Made by a program: the position numbers and the translations under genes
DNA from: Actinomycetales bacterium
GTDB taxonomy: Bacteria; Actinomycetota; Actinomycetes; Actinomycetales; Micrococcaceae
Assembly (NCBI GenBank): GCA_038199985.1
Contig: JBBPYK010000088.1
Coordinates: 9,555 to 73,554, forward strand
Direction: 5' to 3'
DNA: 64,000 bases
Part shown: one piece after another, positions 9,415-18,333 of the stretch
Layout: every line of letters starts with the position of its first letter
Position numbering within the stretch: the first letter of the stretch is position 1
The notes under the pieces: model-generated
The model's database searches: none
Seen by the model: only the letters and a program-made list of their open reading frames with translations
What the model was told of the DNA's origin: nothing

Positions 9415-10487
9415 GCACAGAGATCGAAACGCCAAGAAGCGCCGTCATCGAGCTACCGATGATGCCGGGTGAGGCAATTCGTCAGGGCCGCCGAAACTCA
9501 TCGCGCCGCGGCCGCGTGGTCATCGGTGTTCTTGCTGGACTGACCGCTGTGTTGTTCGCGGTCTCCGTCCTTCTGGGCAGCTACACCGTGACCATTCCCG
9601 ACTTCTTCCGCAGTCTGGCAGGCGAGCAGATTCCCGGGGCAACGTTCATTGTGATGGATGTAAAACTGCCCAGGGCAACGGTGGGCGTCATGGTCGGCGT
9701 CGCCTTCGGAATAGCAGGTGCCATCTTCCAGACCATGCTCCGCAACCCGCTGGCCAGCCCAGACATCATTGGCATCAGCTACGGGGCAAGCGCCGCCGCG
9801 GTCAGTGCCATCGTGATATTCGGGGCATCCGGTATCGGCATTTCCTGGGCCGCCCTTCTGGGTGCCCTCGTTGTTGCTGGCGCCATCTACTCCCTGTCCC
9901 GGCGCGGCGGGGTGGCAGGCTACCGGCTGATTCTGGTGGGCATCGGTTTTGCTGCAGTGCTGCAAGCCGTGGTTAGCTACCTCATCACCCGAACGGATGC
10001 CCGGACAGCGCAGGACGCCCTCGTCTGGATGAGCGGATCCCTCAACCCCGCAACCTGGGACCGGGCCGGCATTCTGGGACTGACGCTGGTGGTGCTCCTG
10101 CCCGCCACAGTGGTCCTGTCCCGGAGCCTCCGCGGACTCGAATTGGGCGACGACGCCGCTGCAGGCCTCGGCGTCCAGGTGGAGCCCGCGAGACTCGGAC
10201 TGATCATCGCTGGAGTGGCCTTGTGCGCAGTGGCGACGGCGGCTGCCGGACCTGTTGCTTTCATCGCGTTCCTGTCGGGCCCGATCGCCCGCCGTCTCCT
10301 GCTGGGCCGTGCGTCGCTGCCGGCGGCAGGACTGGTCGGGGCCGTCATCGTACTTGGCGCAGATTTTGTTGCCGCGAACATGATTTCTGAAGTGTCGCTG
10401 CCGGTAGGAGTCGTTACAGGTGCACTGGGTGCGCCTTTCCTGCTGTGGCTGCTGGCAACGTCCAACCGAACTGGCCAAGGAGGCTGA
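9411..10487 (+). CDS. iron-siderophore ABC transporter permease (FecCD family), second subunit
   Basis: GVAFGIAGAIFQTMLRNPLASPDIIGISYGAS and GVVTGALGAPFLLWLL. There is a 4-nt overlap with the upstream gene. Confidence 0.9.
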   Translation: MSTEIETPRSAVIELPMMPGEAIRQGRRNSSRRGRVVIGVLAGLTAVLFAVSVLLGSYTVTIPDFFRSLAGEQIPGATFIVMDVKLPRATVGVMVGVAFGIAGAIFQTMLRNPLASPDIIGISYGASAAAVSAIVIFGASGIGISWAALLGALVVAGAIYSLSRRGGVAGYRLILVGIGFAAVLQAVVSYLITRTDARTAQDALVWMSGSLNPATWDRAGILGLTLVVLLPATVVLSRSLRGLELGDDAAAGLGVQVEPARLGLIIAGVALCAVATAAAGPVAFIAFLSGPIARRLLLGRASLPAAGLVGAVIVLGADFVAANMISEVSLPVGVVTGALGAPFLLWLLATSNRTGQGG

Positions 10488-10489
10488 AT

Positions 10490-12349
10490 ATGACCGTACG
10501 AGCCACGTCCAGTCGCTCGCTGAAGGCAGAGGAACTGACCCTCGCCTATGATGACCATACGGTGGTCAACGAGCTCACAGTGGAGCTGCCATCTGGTCAG
10601 GTAACGGTCATTGTTGGGGCGAACGCGTGCGGCAAATCGACCCTTCTGCGAGGGCTCGCGCGCCTCCTCAAGCCCGCGTCCGGAACGGTAATGCTGGACG
10701 GTAAGGACATCCATGGGCTGTCCACGAAGCACGTTGCCAAAACCCTAGGGCTGTTGCCGCAGACGCCGTCGGCTCCGGATGGGATTACCGTAGCGGACCT
10801 CGTGGGCCGTGGAAGATACCCCCACCAGGGATGGTTCCGCCAGTGGACGCCGGGGGACGACGACGCCGTCGCATCAGCGCTGGAAGCAACGGACACGCTG
10901 GAGCTCGCTGAACGCTGCGTGGACGAGCTGTCCGGCGGTCAACGTCAGCGCGTGTGGATCGCCATGGCGCTTGCACAGGAGACGGACATCCTACTTCTGG
11001 ACGAGCCCACCACTTTCCTCGATGTGGCGCACCAGGTGGAGGTTCTTGACCTCGTCCTGGACCTCAACCGCAGGACCGGCACCACCGTTGCCATTGTGCT
11101 GCATGACCTGAACCTCGCTGCGCGGTACGCGGATCACCTGATTGCCATGTGCAAGGGGAAAGTCATTGCGCAGGGAGCGCCAGCGGATGTCGTCACGGAG
11201 CAGAACGTCAATCGCATATTCGGACTGCAGTCCAGTGTGATCACGGACCCCGTATCTGGTACGCCCATGGTGATTCCCGAAGGCCGTCATCACCGCAGGT
11301 CGGAGCCTAGCAAGGCTCGCCCTGTCAACGCCGTCGGCTGTTTCGATGTAACGGTGAAGTCTGTGGAGCGCATCGGTCCCAACTTCCTCCGCGTGACATT
11401 CACGGGCGGGGATCTGGCGGGCTTCGGCGTTCAGGGGGACACCCTGGATCTACGGATCAAGCTGATCATCCCCGTACAGGACCGAGCGCCGTTCGATCTC
11501 AAAGCGCTCATTGCAGAAGCCGACGATGAAGGCGCTGGCTGGTACCAGAAGTGGTTGCAGATTGATCCCGAGGTGCGCGGAGCAATGCGCACCTACACCG
11601 TGAGGCAGCAACGAATTGTCGACGGCGACCACGAGCTGGACGTTGATTTCGTCATGCACTTCGACGAGTCGGGGAAGGGCGGACCCGCATCGCAGTGGGC
11701 GATCAAGGCTGCCCCTGGGGACACATTGAGCGTCATAGGTCCCAATATCGGTGCCGCGAAGTGCAGTACAGCCGGAGCGTACGGTGGCATTGAGTGGAGC
11801 CCGGGTCTTGCGCAGCGGGTTCTGCTGGCGGGAGACGAGACCGCTGTTCCCGCAATTGCAGCGATTCTAGAGTCCCTGCCCGCGGACATGACGGGCCATG
11901 CCATTCTTGAGGTGCCCGAGCCCGCTGACTTTCAGGACGTGCAGACGTCATCGGGCGTAGCGGTCACCTGGTTGGCACGCGGCGAACGCCCGCACGGTGA
12001 ACTGCTCGATGCAGCGGTGCGCCGCGCCGTCGTACTACCCGGTTGGGCCGCGGTGGACCGTACGCCGTCAGCTGCGGTGAACGCCGGGCTTCCGCTGGGC
12101 AGAGAGCCAGAGTTCGTGGACGTGGATCAGGCCATCCTGTGGGAGACGCCACAGCGTCTGGACCAGGCTGTCATCGAAGCCACACCCAACCCCGATCTAC
12201 CAGCGGGTGCCCTGCCGTTCTATGCGTGGATCGCGGGCGAAGCAGCAGTGGTTCGTGAGCTGCGCAGGTATCTGGTGCGCGACGTCGGGATTGATCGCAA
12301 GCAGGTGGCGTTCATGGGCTACTGGCGAAAAGGCAAATCTGAGGCTTAG
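10490..12349 (+). CDS. fusion protein: iron-siderophore ABC ATPase (FepC-like) + siderophore-interacting FAD-binding reductase (SIP/ViuB-like)
   Basis: N-terminal half: Walker A GANACGKST, signature LSGGQRQRV, Walker B ILLLDEPT, H-loop VLHDL. C-terminal half, from about nt 11300: FDVTVKSVERIGPNFLRVTF...RTYTVR (FAD-binding_9-like) and FYAWIAGEAAVVRELRRYL...MGYWRKG (SIP-like). ATG at 10490 follows AAGGAGG. Confidence 0.85.
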   Translation: MTVRATSSRSLKAEELTLAYDDHTVVNELTVELPSGQVTVIVGANACGKSTLLRGLARLLKPASGTVMLDGKDIHGLSTKHVAKTLGLLPQTPSAPDGITVADLVGRGRYPHQGWFRQWTPGDDDAVASALEATDTLELAERCVDELSGGQRQRVWIAMALAQETDILLLDEPTTFLDVAHQVEVLDLVLDLNRRTGTTVAIVLHDLNLAARYADHLIAMCKGKVIAQGAPADVVTEQNVNRIFGLQSSVITDPVSGTPMVIPEGRHHRRSEPSKARPVNAVGCFDVTVKSVERIGPNFLRVTFTGGDLAGFGVQGDTLDLRIKLIIPVQDRAPFDLKALIAEADDEGAGWYQKWLQIDPEVRGAMRTYTVRQQRIVDGDHELDVDFVMHFDESGKGGPASQWAIKAAPGDTLSVIGPNIGAAKCSTAGAYGGIEWSPGLAQRVLLAGDETAVPAIAAILESLPADMTGHAILEVPEPADFQDVQTSSGVAVTWLARGERPHGELLDAAVRRAVVLPGWAAVDRTPSAAVNAGLPLGREPEFVDVDQAILWETPQRLDQAVIEATPNPDLPAGALPFYAWIAGEAAVVRELRRYLVRDVGIDRKQVAFMGYWRKGKSEA

Positions 12350-12376
12350 GCGTTTCCAGGTCCGCCAGAGCGTCAA

Positions 12377-13273
12377 CTAGTGCCTGATGGTCAGCGCCCC
12401 TGCGTCGAGTTTCATCGCGAGGTGGCGCGCCCGTCCCAGATGATCGCCGTCGAGCTGAATCTCTAAGGGTTCGTCGGAATCGATCTCGGCGCTCTGGCCC
12501 TGAAAATACTCCACTGCCGGGTCTTTGCCCTTGTTTCTTTGCAGCAGTTTGGCGGCAACACCAATCCAGCCAAACGCCCCACTGGGCGCCACCGTCATGA
12601 TGTCCAGCACGCCGTCGTCAAGCTTGGCGCCGGGGAAAATTTCCAGCCCGCCCTGGATCTTGCCGCAGTTGCCGCCCATGACGCTCCGGAGGCGACGGCG
12701 CATCGGCGACTGGCCATTGATCGCTATCCGCGTCTTGGACGGTTTGCCGGGAAGGTTCCGGATGCCAGCATCAACGTAGGCCAACCAGCCAACCCTGTCC
12801 TTCAAGATGTCATTGGTATCTGCCATGACGGCTGCGTCAAAACCGATTCCAGCCATCACCAAGAACAAGTGACGCTCGTCCGCGTGGTCAAGGGTTGCGT
12901 AGACGACGTCGATCCGGTGGTCTTCGCCGAGCATGGCTCGCCGCGTTGCGTCGGCAATGTTATTCAGGGGCAGCTCCAGGTTCCGGGCGAGGAGATTGCC
13001 TGTGCCCAGTGGGATCAGGCCCAGCGGAACATCGGTTCCCGCGAGCTCGTCCGCAACCGCACGGACGGTGCCGTCGCCACCGGCGGCCAGTACAACGTCG
13101 ACTCCTGCGGCGAGCGCTTCCTTGGCTTGCCCAAAACCTGGGTCGTCAGCTGTTGTCTCGATCTCCAGTGGAGAGTCCCAGCCCTCGGACGCGGAGAGGT
13201 CGCGGACTGCTTTGGCGACGTCGTCGTTGGTGGTTTTGATCGGATTGACGATGAGCGCGGCACGTTTGGTCAT
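12377..13273 (-). CDS. diacylglycerol/lipid kinase family protein (DagK/YegS-like)
   Basis: VVLAAGGDGTVRAVADEL and GLIPLGTGNLLARNL motifs. Confidence 0.85.
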   Translation of the reverse strand: MTKRAALIVNPIKTTNDDVAKAVRDLSASEGWDSPLEIETTADDPGFGQAKEALAAGVDVVLAAGGDGTVRAVADELAGTDVPLGLIPLGTGNLLARNLELPLNNIADATRRAMLGEDHRIDVVYATLDHADERHLFLVMAGIGFDAAVMADTNDILKDRVGWLAYVDAGIRNLPGKPSKTRIAINGQSPMRRRLRSVMGGNCGKIQGGLEIFPGAKLDDGVLDIMTVAPSGAFGWIGVAAKLLQRNKGKDPAVEYFQGQSAEIDSDEPLEIQLDGDHLGRARHLAMKLDAGALTIRH

Positions 13274-13344
13274 AGCCTTACTTTAGCGGCGGAGCCCGTC
13301 TGCTTCGCACAGGGTGCTTAAAGGTTTGGGCGTAGGGTGGGCTC

Positions 13345-14118
13345 GTGGAAATGACGCAGCGATATGTGGCCCTGGGTGATTCATTCAGCGAGGGGGTGGG
13401 AGACCGGGACGAGTCCCGGCCCAATGGGGTCCGTGGCTGGGCGGACCGGGTGGCGGAGCAGCTCATCCTGGCAGATCCGGCTGCTGGCTACGCCAATCTG
13501 GCCATCCGTGGGCGCAAACTACGTCAGATCATGGACGAGCAGGTGGACGCGGCGCTCGCGTTGGATCCAACTCTTGTCAGTATCTACGGTGGGGGAAACG
13601 ATATCCTTCGGCCCCGGGTGGACATCGATGCGCTCCTGACAATGTACGACGACGGTGTGGCTCGCCTCCGTAGCTCCGGTGCGAAGGTGATCCTATTTAC
13701 GGGGTTTGATTCTTCAGCTTCTGCAGTTTTTGGTAAGACCCGGGGGCGGACGGCCATTTACAACGAACTCGTCCGGGAGATTGCGGAGAATCACGGCGCT
13801 GACATCGTGGACTACTGGCGTATGCGGGAATTCCGCGATTGGCGGTACTGGGATACCGATCGGCTGCACATGTCTACCGCTGGCCACACTCTGATGGCGC
13901 GCAAAGTGCTTGACGTGATGCGCGCATCCCACAGGATCGATATTCCGGGGCTCGACACGAGGCCTGCCCTGGGACGATTGCAGCAGTTGCGGGCCGATGC
14001 TCAGTGGGCGCGCGAGTACGTTGGCCCGTGGATGGGGCGGCGTCTACGCGGGGTCTCATCCGGAGACAGCCTCAGCCCGAAGTTCCCAACGTTCACCCGC
14101 AACCTTGACGCCAGCTGA
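13345..14118 (+). CDS. SGNH/GDSL hydrolase family protein
   Basis: Block I YVALGDSFSEG, block III GGNDILRP and a C-terminal D..H-type block (DTDRLHMS). Confidence 0.85.
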   Translation: MEMTQRYVALGDSFSEGVGDRDESRPNGVRGWADRVAEQLILADPAAGYANLAIRGRKLRQIMDEQVDAALALDPTLVSIYGGGNDILRPRVDIDALLTMYDDGVARLRSSGAKVILFTGFDSSASAVFGKTRGRTAIYNELVREIAENHGADIVDYWRMREFRDWRYWDTDRLHMSTAGHTLMARKVLDVMRASHRIDIPGLDTRPALGRLQQLRADAQWAREYVGPWMGRRLRGVSSGDSLSPKFPTFTRNLDAS

Positions 14119-14267
14119 ATATAGTCCTGATCTTCGCAGGGCATCCGGTCCGTAGGTCTTCATTTCCATCTGCCGGAGTGATAGACACTAAGTAGCCTGC
14201 TGCTTCAGAAAGTGGGAGGCGATCCAGGGAGTCGCCTGGCTCCCCGTGATGGAAGGAGAACACCCCG

Positions 14268-15422
14268 ATGACCGCAACGGCACGTAAAACTCCCCTCTCC
14301 GAATGCGCTGCGTTGTTCCGGCAACCGGGACCGTGGTGCTCTGTGTATATAGATGCCAGTACGGGTACCGTCGATTCCCTGCGAGCCCACGACGTCATTC
14401 CAGAGAATGTGCATGACGAACTTCAGCGAGCGGGGGCTACGAAAGCGGACTTGAAAGCTGTCGATCAGGCTCTCCGCGAATCGTCAAAGGGCCTGCCGGA
14501 CCCCATCTCTCAGATACTTCTTGTGCGCGATGGTCAAGTAGCCCTCAACGAACGCTTCCAGGGACACCTCGTGATGAATTCATTCGTCACGGTGGAAACG
14601 ATCCCGAATCTGGTGCCGTTGCTCCGGCACCGTCCCGAGCAGTTTCCTTACGTTGTGGCCGAGGTAAGCCGCGAGGGCGGCGAAGTGCGGCTCGCTTATG
14701 CCGGGACGACGGCGGCTGGTCGGTCGGTGGAGGTGGAGGGTTCCACGGAGAACCTGAAGAAGGTTCCGGGCGGCGGTTGGTCTCAGGGTGGTCTGCAGCA
14801 CCGGACGGAGAACATCTGGAAGGTCAACGCGTCCGAGGTCGCCGCGGAGATCGACAGGGTGGTCTACGAAGTTCACCCCAAGCTCGTCATCATTGCCGGT
14901 GATGTCCGGGCCAGGCAGCTGGTCCGGGATCAGCTTGCCAAGGAAAGTGCCGCCGTCGCCTCCGTTGTTGAAAGTCATACACGAACCGGTGGAGCTGATC
15001 ACCACGAGTTCACTCTTCAGGTGGAGTCGCTTGTTGCGCAGAAGCTCGCGGAGGTTCAGGAGGAGCTGCTGAACCGGCTGCGGATGCAGGAGGGGCAGGC
15101 AAATCCTCGAGCAGCCACGGGCATTGGTGCCGTCGTTACCGCGCTGCAGCAAGCGCAGGTGGACGTGTTGATGATTCAGGCCAGCGATTGGCAGGATTCA
15201 ACGCTTCTGGCGCTCGATGCGGAGCCGTGGGTGGCAACGTCCGACGGCGAGCGCGCCGGCGCCGGTGTGCTCGGTGAGGTTCCGGCGCAGTCAGCGCTTG
15301 TACGGGCAGCTGCGTTGACTGACTGCAGAGTCTTGTTCCTGCCCGATGGGGTTTTGGACAAGGACGAATCTGTGTCGGCGCTGCTCCGATGGTCAACTGG
15401 GCCGGGCGTTCCTGAAAGCTGA
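14268..15422 (+). CDS. aeRF1-fold protein of the Rv2629/Balon-like family (putative ribosome hibernation/rescue factor)
   Basis: 384 aa. The N-terminus (PGPWCSVYIDAS...) and central KKVPGGGWSQGGLQHRTEN segment match my recollection of actinobacterial Rv2629-type eRF1-like proteins. RBS GGAAGGAGAA lies upstream. Confidence 0.55.
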   Translation: MTATARKTPLSECAALFRQPGPWCSVYIDASTGTVDSLRAHDVIPENVHDELQRAGATKADLKAVDQALRESSKGLPDPISQILLVRDGQVALNERFQGHLVMNSFVTVETIPNLVPLLRHRPEQFPYVVAEVSREGGEVRLAYAGTTAAGRSVEVEGSTENLKKVPGGGWSQGGLQHRTENIWKVNASEVAAEIDRVVYEVHPKLVIIAGDVRARQLVRDQLAKESAAVASVVESHTRTGGADHHEFTLQVESLVAQKLAEVQEELLNRLRMQEGQANPRAATGIGAVVTALQQAQVDVLMIQASDWQDSTLLALDAEPWVATSDGERAGAGVLGEVPAQSALVRAAALTDCRVLFLPDGVLDKDESVSALLRWSTGPGVPES

Positions 15423-15432
15423 CCCTTCTTGG

Positions 15433-15498
15433 AATCGACTCTGCAGTAGATGAGCGTCTCAGCGACGAGAACAGCATCTATTGCAGAGTCGATTTTTT
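15433..15498. terminator. long hairpin terminator (20-bp stem) with T-tract, shared by convergent genes
   Basis: AATCGACTCTGCAGTAGATG (15433-15452) pairs with CATCTATTGCAGAGTCGATT (15475-15494) with one G-U, followed by TTTTTT. Confidence 0.7.
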
Positions 15499-15501
15499 CG
15501 T

Positions 15502-15732
15502 CTAGAAGAGACTGGAGATTTGTCCCACGATCAAGACCAGCACCAAGGCAACGACGAGACCGATGAGCACCAGCCATACCGCAGAGAAGCCCTTCTTCGG
15601 GCCGTGTTCCTCGTGCCCCTGGGGTGCGCCGGTACTTCCCTCGGCGGGTGGTGTGTCCCCGGGCTGAACGCTACCGCCTGGGGTGAGGCCCGTGATGTTG
15701 TCCTCTTCCGGGTCTGGATTCTCGCTGCTCAT
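15502..15732 (-). CDS. small membrane-anchored hypothetical protein
   Basis: MSSENPDPEED... is an acidic/proline-rich N-terminus, followed by a single C-terminal TM (FSAVWLVLIGLVVALVLVLIVG). ATG at 15732 follows CAGGAGAA. Confidence 0.5.
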   Translation of the reverse strand: MSSENPDPEEDNITGLTPGGSVQPGDTPPAEGSTGAPQGHEEHGPKKGFSAVWLVLIGLVVALVLVLIVGQISSLF

Positions 15733-15881
15733 GGGGTTCTCCTGTTGGTTTTCGCGTGGGTGCGTTGACAACACGGTACAACCAATTTGGCCTTGGCGAT
15801 CAGTTTGCTGGCTATCCCTGTGGTGACACTCACTATTCCGCTAAGCTTACTTATCATTCGTCGTTGATTTCTCACTAGGGG

Positions 15882-16937
15882 GTGCGTGTGAACAAAGAAG
15901 CGAACATCACGGCAGCCAAGGGGCGACATGCTCCGGCACCGGATAGGGGCGACAAACCGGACTCGCTAACGAAAATCAATAAGCCGACTTGGAAGTATGT
16001 GTTCAAACGGACGATCCGTGAATTCTCGGGTGATCAATGCACCGATCTGGCAGCATCGCTGACCTACTACATGGTTCTGGCTCTATTTCCTGCGCTGTTG
16101 GCCCTGGTGTCTATCGTCGGCCTATTCGGTCTGGGCGATGCCGTCACCTCGACCATGACGGACCTTATCGGTAAGGCCGCACCAGAGAACGCTACGAAAA
16201 CCATCACCTCCGTCATTGACGGGTTGAGTTCCTCTTCAGGTGCGGGACTCGTGTTCATCATAGGACTCGCGGGTGCGCTCTGGTCAGCCTCTGGCTACGT
16301 CAAAGCCTTTGGTCGCGCCATGAATCGGATTTACGAAATTGAGGAAGGACGGCCGTTCTGGAAGCTCATCCCCAGCCAGCTTCTGGTGACGCTCATCGTC
16401 GTCATCTTGGCGGCCGCGGGATTGGTCATGCTTGTGGTCTCCGGACCTATCGCCGAAACCCTCGGAAGCGCAGTCGGTCTTGGCAGCACGGCCGTCACCG
16501 TCTGGAACATTGCGAAGTGGCCAGTGCTAGCGCTCATCGCAGTCGTCATCATTGCTCTGCTTTACCACAGCACCTCCAACGTTGAGCAGCCAAAGTTCCG
16601 CTGGGTCAGCCTCGGAGCGGTCATCGCGCTGGTAGTGCTGGGCATTGCGACCGTCGGCTTTGCGTTCTACGTGACAAACTTCGGCAGCTTTAACGCCACC
16701 TACGGAACGATCGGTGGCGTGATCGTCATGCTGCTGTGGTTCTGGATCAGCAATATTTCCCTTCTTTTCGGTGCGGAATTTGATGCAGAACTTGAACGAG
16801 GTCGCGAACTGCAGGCGGGCATCAAAGCTGAGGAGACGCTCCAGTTGCCTCCCCGTGAAACAGATGGCATCGACAAGAAGATCGAGAAGGACGAGGAGGT
16901 TATTGAGCAAGGCAGGCGCTTGCGTCATAACAGATAG
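15882..16937 (+). CDS. YihY/BrkB family membrane protein
   Basis: DQCTDLAASLTYYMVLALFPALLALVSIVG and GGVIVMLLWFWISNISLLFGAEF are typical YihY motifs. Confidence 0.85.
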   Translation: MRVNKEANITAAKGRHAPAPDRGDKPDSLTKINKPTWKYVFKRTIREFSGDQCTDLAASLTYYMVLALFPALLALVSIVGLFGLGDAVTSTMTDLIGKAAPENATKTITSVIDGLSSSSGAGLVFIIGLAGALWSASGYVKAFGRAMNRIYEIEEGRPFWKLIPSQLLVTLIVVILAAAGLVMLVVSGPIAETLGSAVGLGSTAVTVWNIAKWPVLALIAVVIIALLYHSTSNVEQPKFRWVSLGAVIALVVLGIATVGFAFYVTNFGSFNATYGTIGGVIVMLLWFWISNISLLFGAEFDAELERGRELQAGIKAEETLQLPPRETDGIDKKIEKDEEVIEQGRRLRHNR

Positions 16938-16981
16938 GTTCCGCCCCTAAGGGGCATTTCCCATACTGCAAGGAGAACACC

Positions 16982-17917
16982 ATGACATCCGATGACAACA
17001 GGGCGGGCGGCTTTCACGGACAAGATGCTGTGCCCGCTGGCAGCGTCAATGATCCCTTCCCCAGTGACAACCCGCTGGTTGGCGAAGGGCAGAGTTCAAT
17101 GCCCGGGGGGCCCCTCAGCGATGACTACGAGGCCGATCCAATGGGTCCTCCTGCCGTGAGCACCTCCGAGGACGGTGGCTCCGGCGGAGAATCCACCGGC
17201 TCCGCAGCTAAGCATGAAGCCCGGCAAGTAGGGGAGCAGGGCAAGGAGGCTGGCAAGAAGGTCGCTGGTACAGCCAAAGATGAAGCGGCCAATGTCGCAG
17301 GAGAAGCCAGGGACAAGGCCAAAAATCTCGTGTCGGAACTCGGAGATGACATCCGAGAACAGGCAACGACGCAGCAGCACCGCGTAGCGGACGGACTGCG
17401 CTCGCTCAGCGACGAACTGGGATCGATGGCCAACAATTCCGACGAACAGGGCATGGCAACGCATTTGGTGCAACAGGCCTCATCGCGGACCGAAGCGGCA
17501 GCGGATTGGCTCGGAGACCGGGAACCAGGCTCGCTACTGGAAGAAGTGAAGTCCTTCGCCCGGAAGCGCCCCATGACGTTCCTGGCCATCGCTGGAGGAG
17601 CCGGAATGCTCGCTGGCAGGCTGTCCCGCGGAGTTGCCGCGGATACAGAATCACTGCAGCGCAAGCAGCATCAGGACGACGGCGGGCGCGGTGAACAAGG
17701 TGGCTCCCAGAGCACCGCAGGTGGGTACGACGCCCGTGAGCCGCGCACCGGCACCATGCCGGCAGCACCAGTCCTACCGCCGCCTGGAGGCCCCGTCCCA
17801 GCAGGAGGAGCCATGCCACCCAACGGTGGCCCCATGCCACTGGCTGGCGGTTCTGTACCCCCGGAAAACGGACCTGTTCCGCCGGTGGATGAGCCCCGAA
17901 GGGAGGATTACCTGTGA
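16982..17917 (+). CDS. hypothetical stress-type protein: LEA/apolipoprotein-like helical repeats, one TM, Pro/Gly-rich tail
   Basis: GKEAGKKVAGTAKDEAANVAGEARDKAKN repeats, a TM FLAIAGGAGMLAGRL, and a C-terminal GGPVPAGGAMPPNGGPMPLAGGSVPP segment. Confidence 0.6.
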   Translation: MTSDDNRAGGFHGQDAVPAGSVNDPFPSDNPLVGEGQSSMPGGPLSDDYEADPMGPPAVSTSEDGGSGGESTGSAAKHEARQVGEQGKEAGKKVAGTAKDEAANVAGEARDKAKNLVSELGDDIREQATTQQHRVADGLRSLSDELGSMANNSDEQGMATHLVQQASSRTEAAADWLGDREPGSLLEEVKSFARKRPMTFLAIAGGAGMLAGRLSRGVAADTESLQRKQHQDDGGRGEQGGSQSTAGGYDAREPRTGTMPAAPVLPPPGGPVPAGGAMPPNGGPMPLAGGSVPPENGPVPPVDEPRREDYL

Positions 17918-18333
17918 CGGACATTCCAGAAACTCCGGCCGAAGAAAAAGCGGAGCACACCTCCCTTGGAGACCTGCTCGGCGATGTTAGCCGCGACGTT
18001 TCCACCCTCATGCGACAAGAAGTGGCACTTGCGAAAGCTGAAATCAAGGAATCAGCGACGCTCGCAGGTAAGGGAGCAGGAATGCTGGCTGGAGCCGGCG
18101 TCGCCGGTCACTTCGTCCTGCTGTTCCTGTCCGTGGCCGTTTGGTGGGCCATTGGATCGCTGACCGGCCTTGGCTGGGCGGCCCTCATCGTAGCTGTCAT
18201 CTGGGCGATCATCGCCGCGATTCTGGCAGTGGTGGGAAAGAAGAATCTGAAGTCAGTCAAGGGGGCGCCGCAGACCGCAGAGACGGTCAAGGAAATTCCG
18301 CAGACACTGAAACCGAACGGGGATACACCATGA
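17914..18333 (+). CDS. Holin-X (DUF1469, 'phage holin family') membrane protein
   Basis: LGDLLGDVSRDVSTLMRQEVALAKAEIKE followed by two TM helices. GTGA overlap with the upstream gene. Confidence 0.75.
   Translation: MTDIPETPAEEKAEHTSLGDLLGDVSRDVSTLMRQEVALAKAEIKESATLAGKGAGMLAGAGVAGHFVLLFLSVAVWWAIGSLTGLGWAALIVAVIWAIIAAILAVVGKKNLKSVKGAPQTAETVKEIPQTLKPNGDTP

Noticed and set aside
9498-10732. 326-aa and 251-aa minus-strand ORFs
   Set aside because: They are antisense to the FecCD permease and ABC ATPase genes. Their Arg/Gly/Ala-rich composition is typical of GC-driven shadow frames.
17740-17900. Apparent tandem repetition in DNA encoding GGPVPAGGAMPPNGGPMPLAGGSVPP
   Set aside because: This is low-complexity Pro/Gly coding sequence inside a gene. 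It is not a discrete DNA repeat array or a CRISPR-like structure.
17914-18333. A 'phage holin family' protein as a sign of a prophage
   Set aside because: No other phage genes are nearby (no integrase, terminase, capsid or lysin). The Holin-X/DUF1469 family is a common chromosomal actinobacterial membrane protein embedded here in a stress-type cluster.
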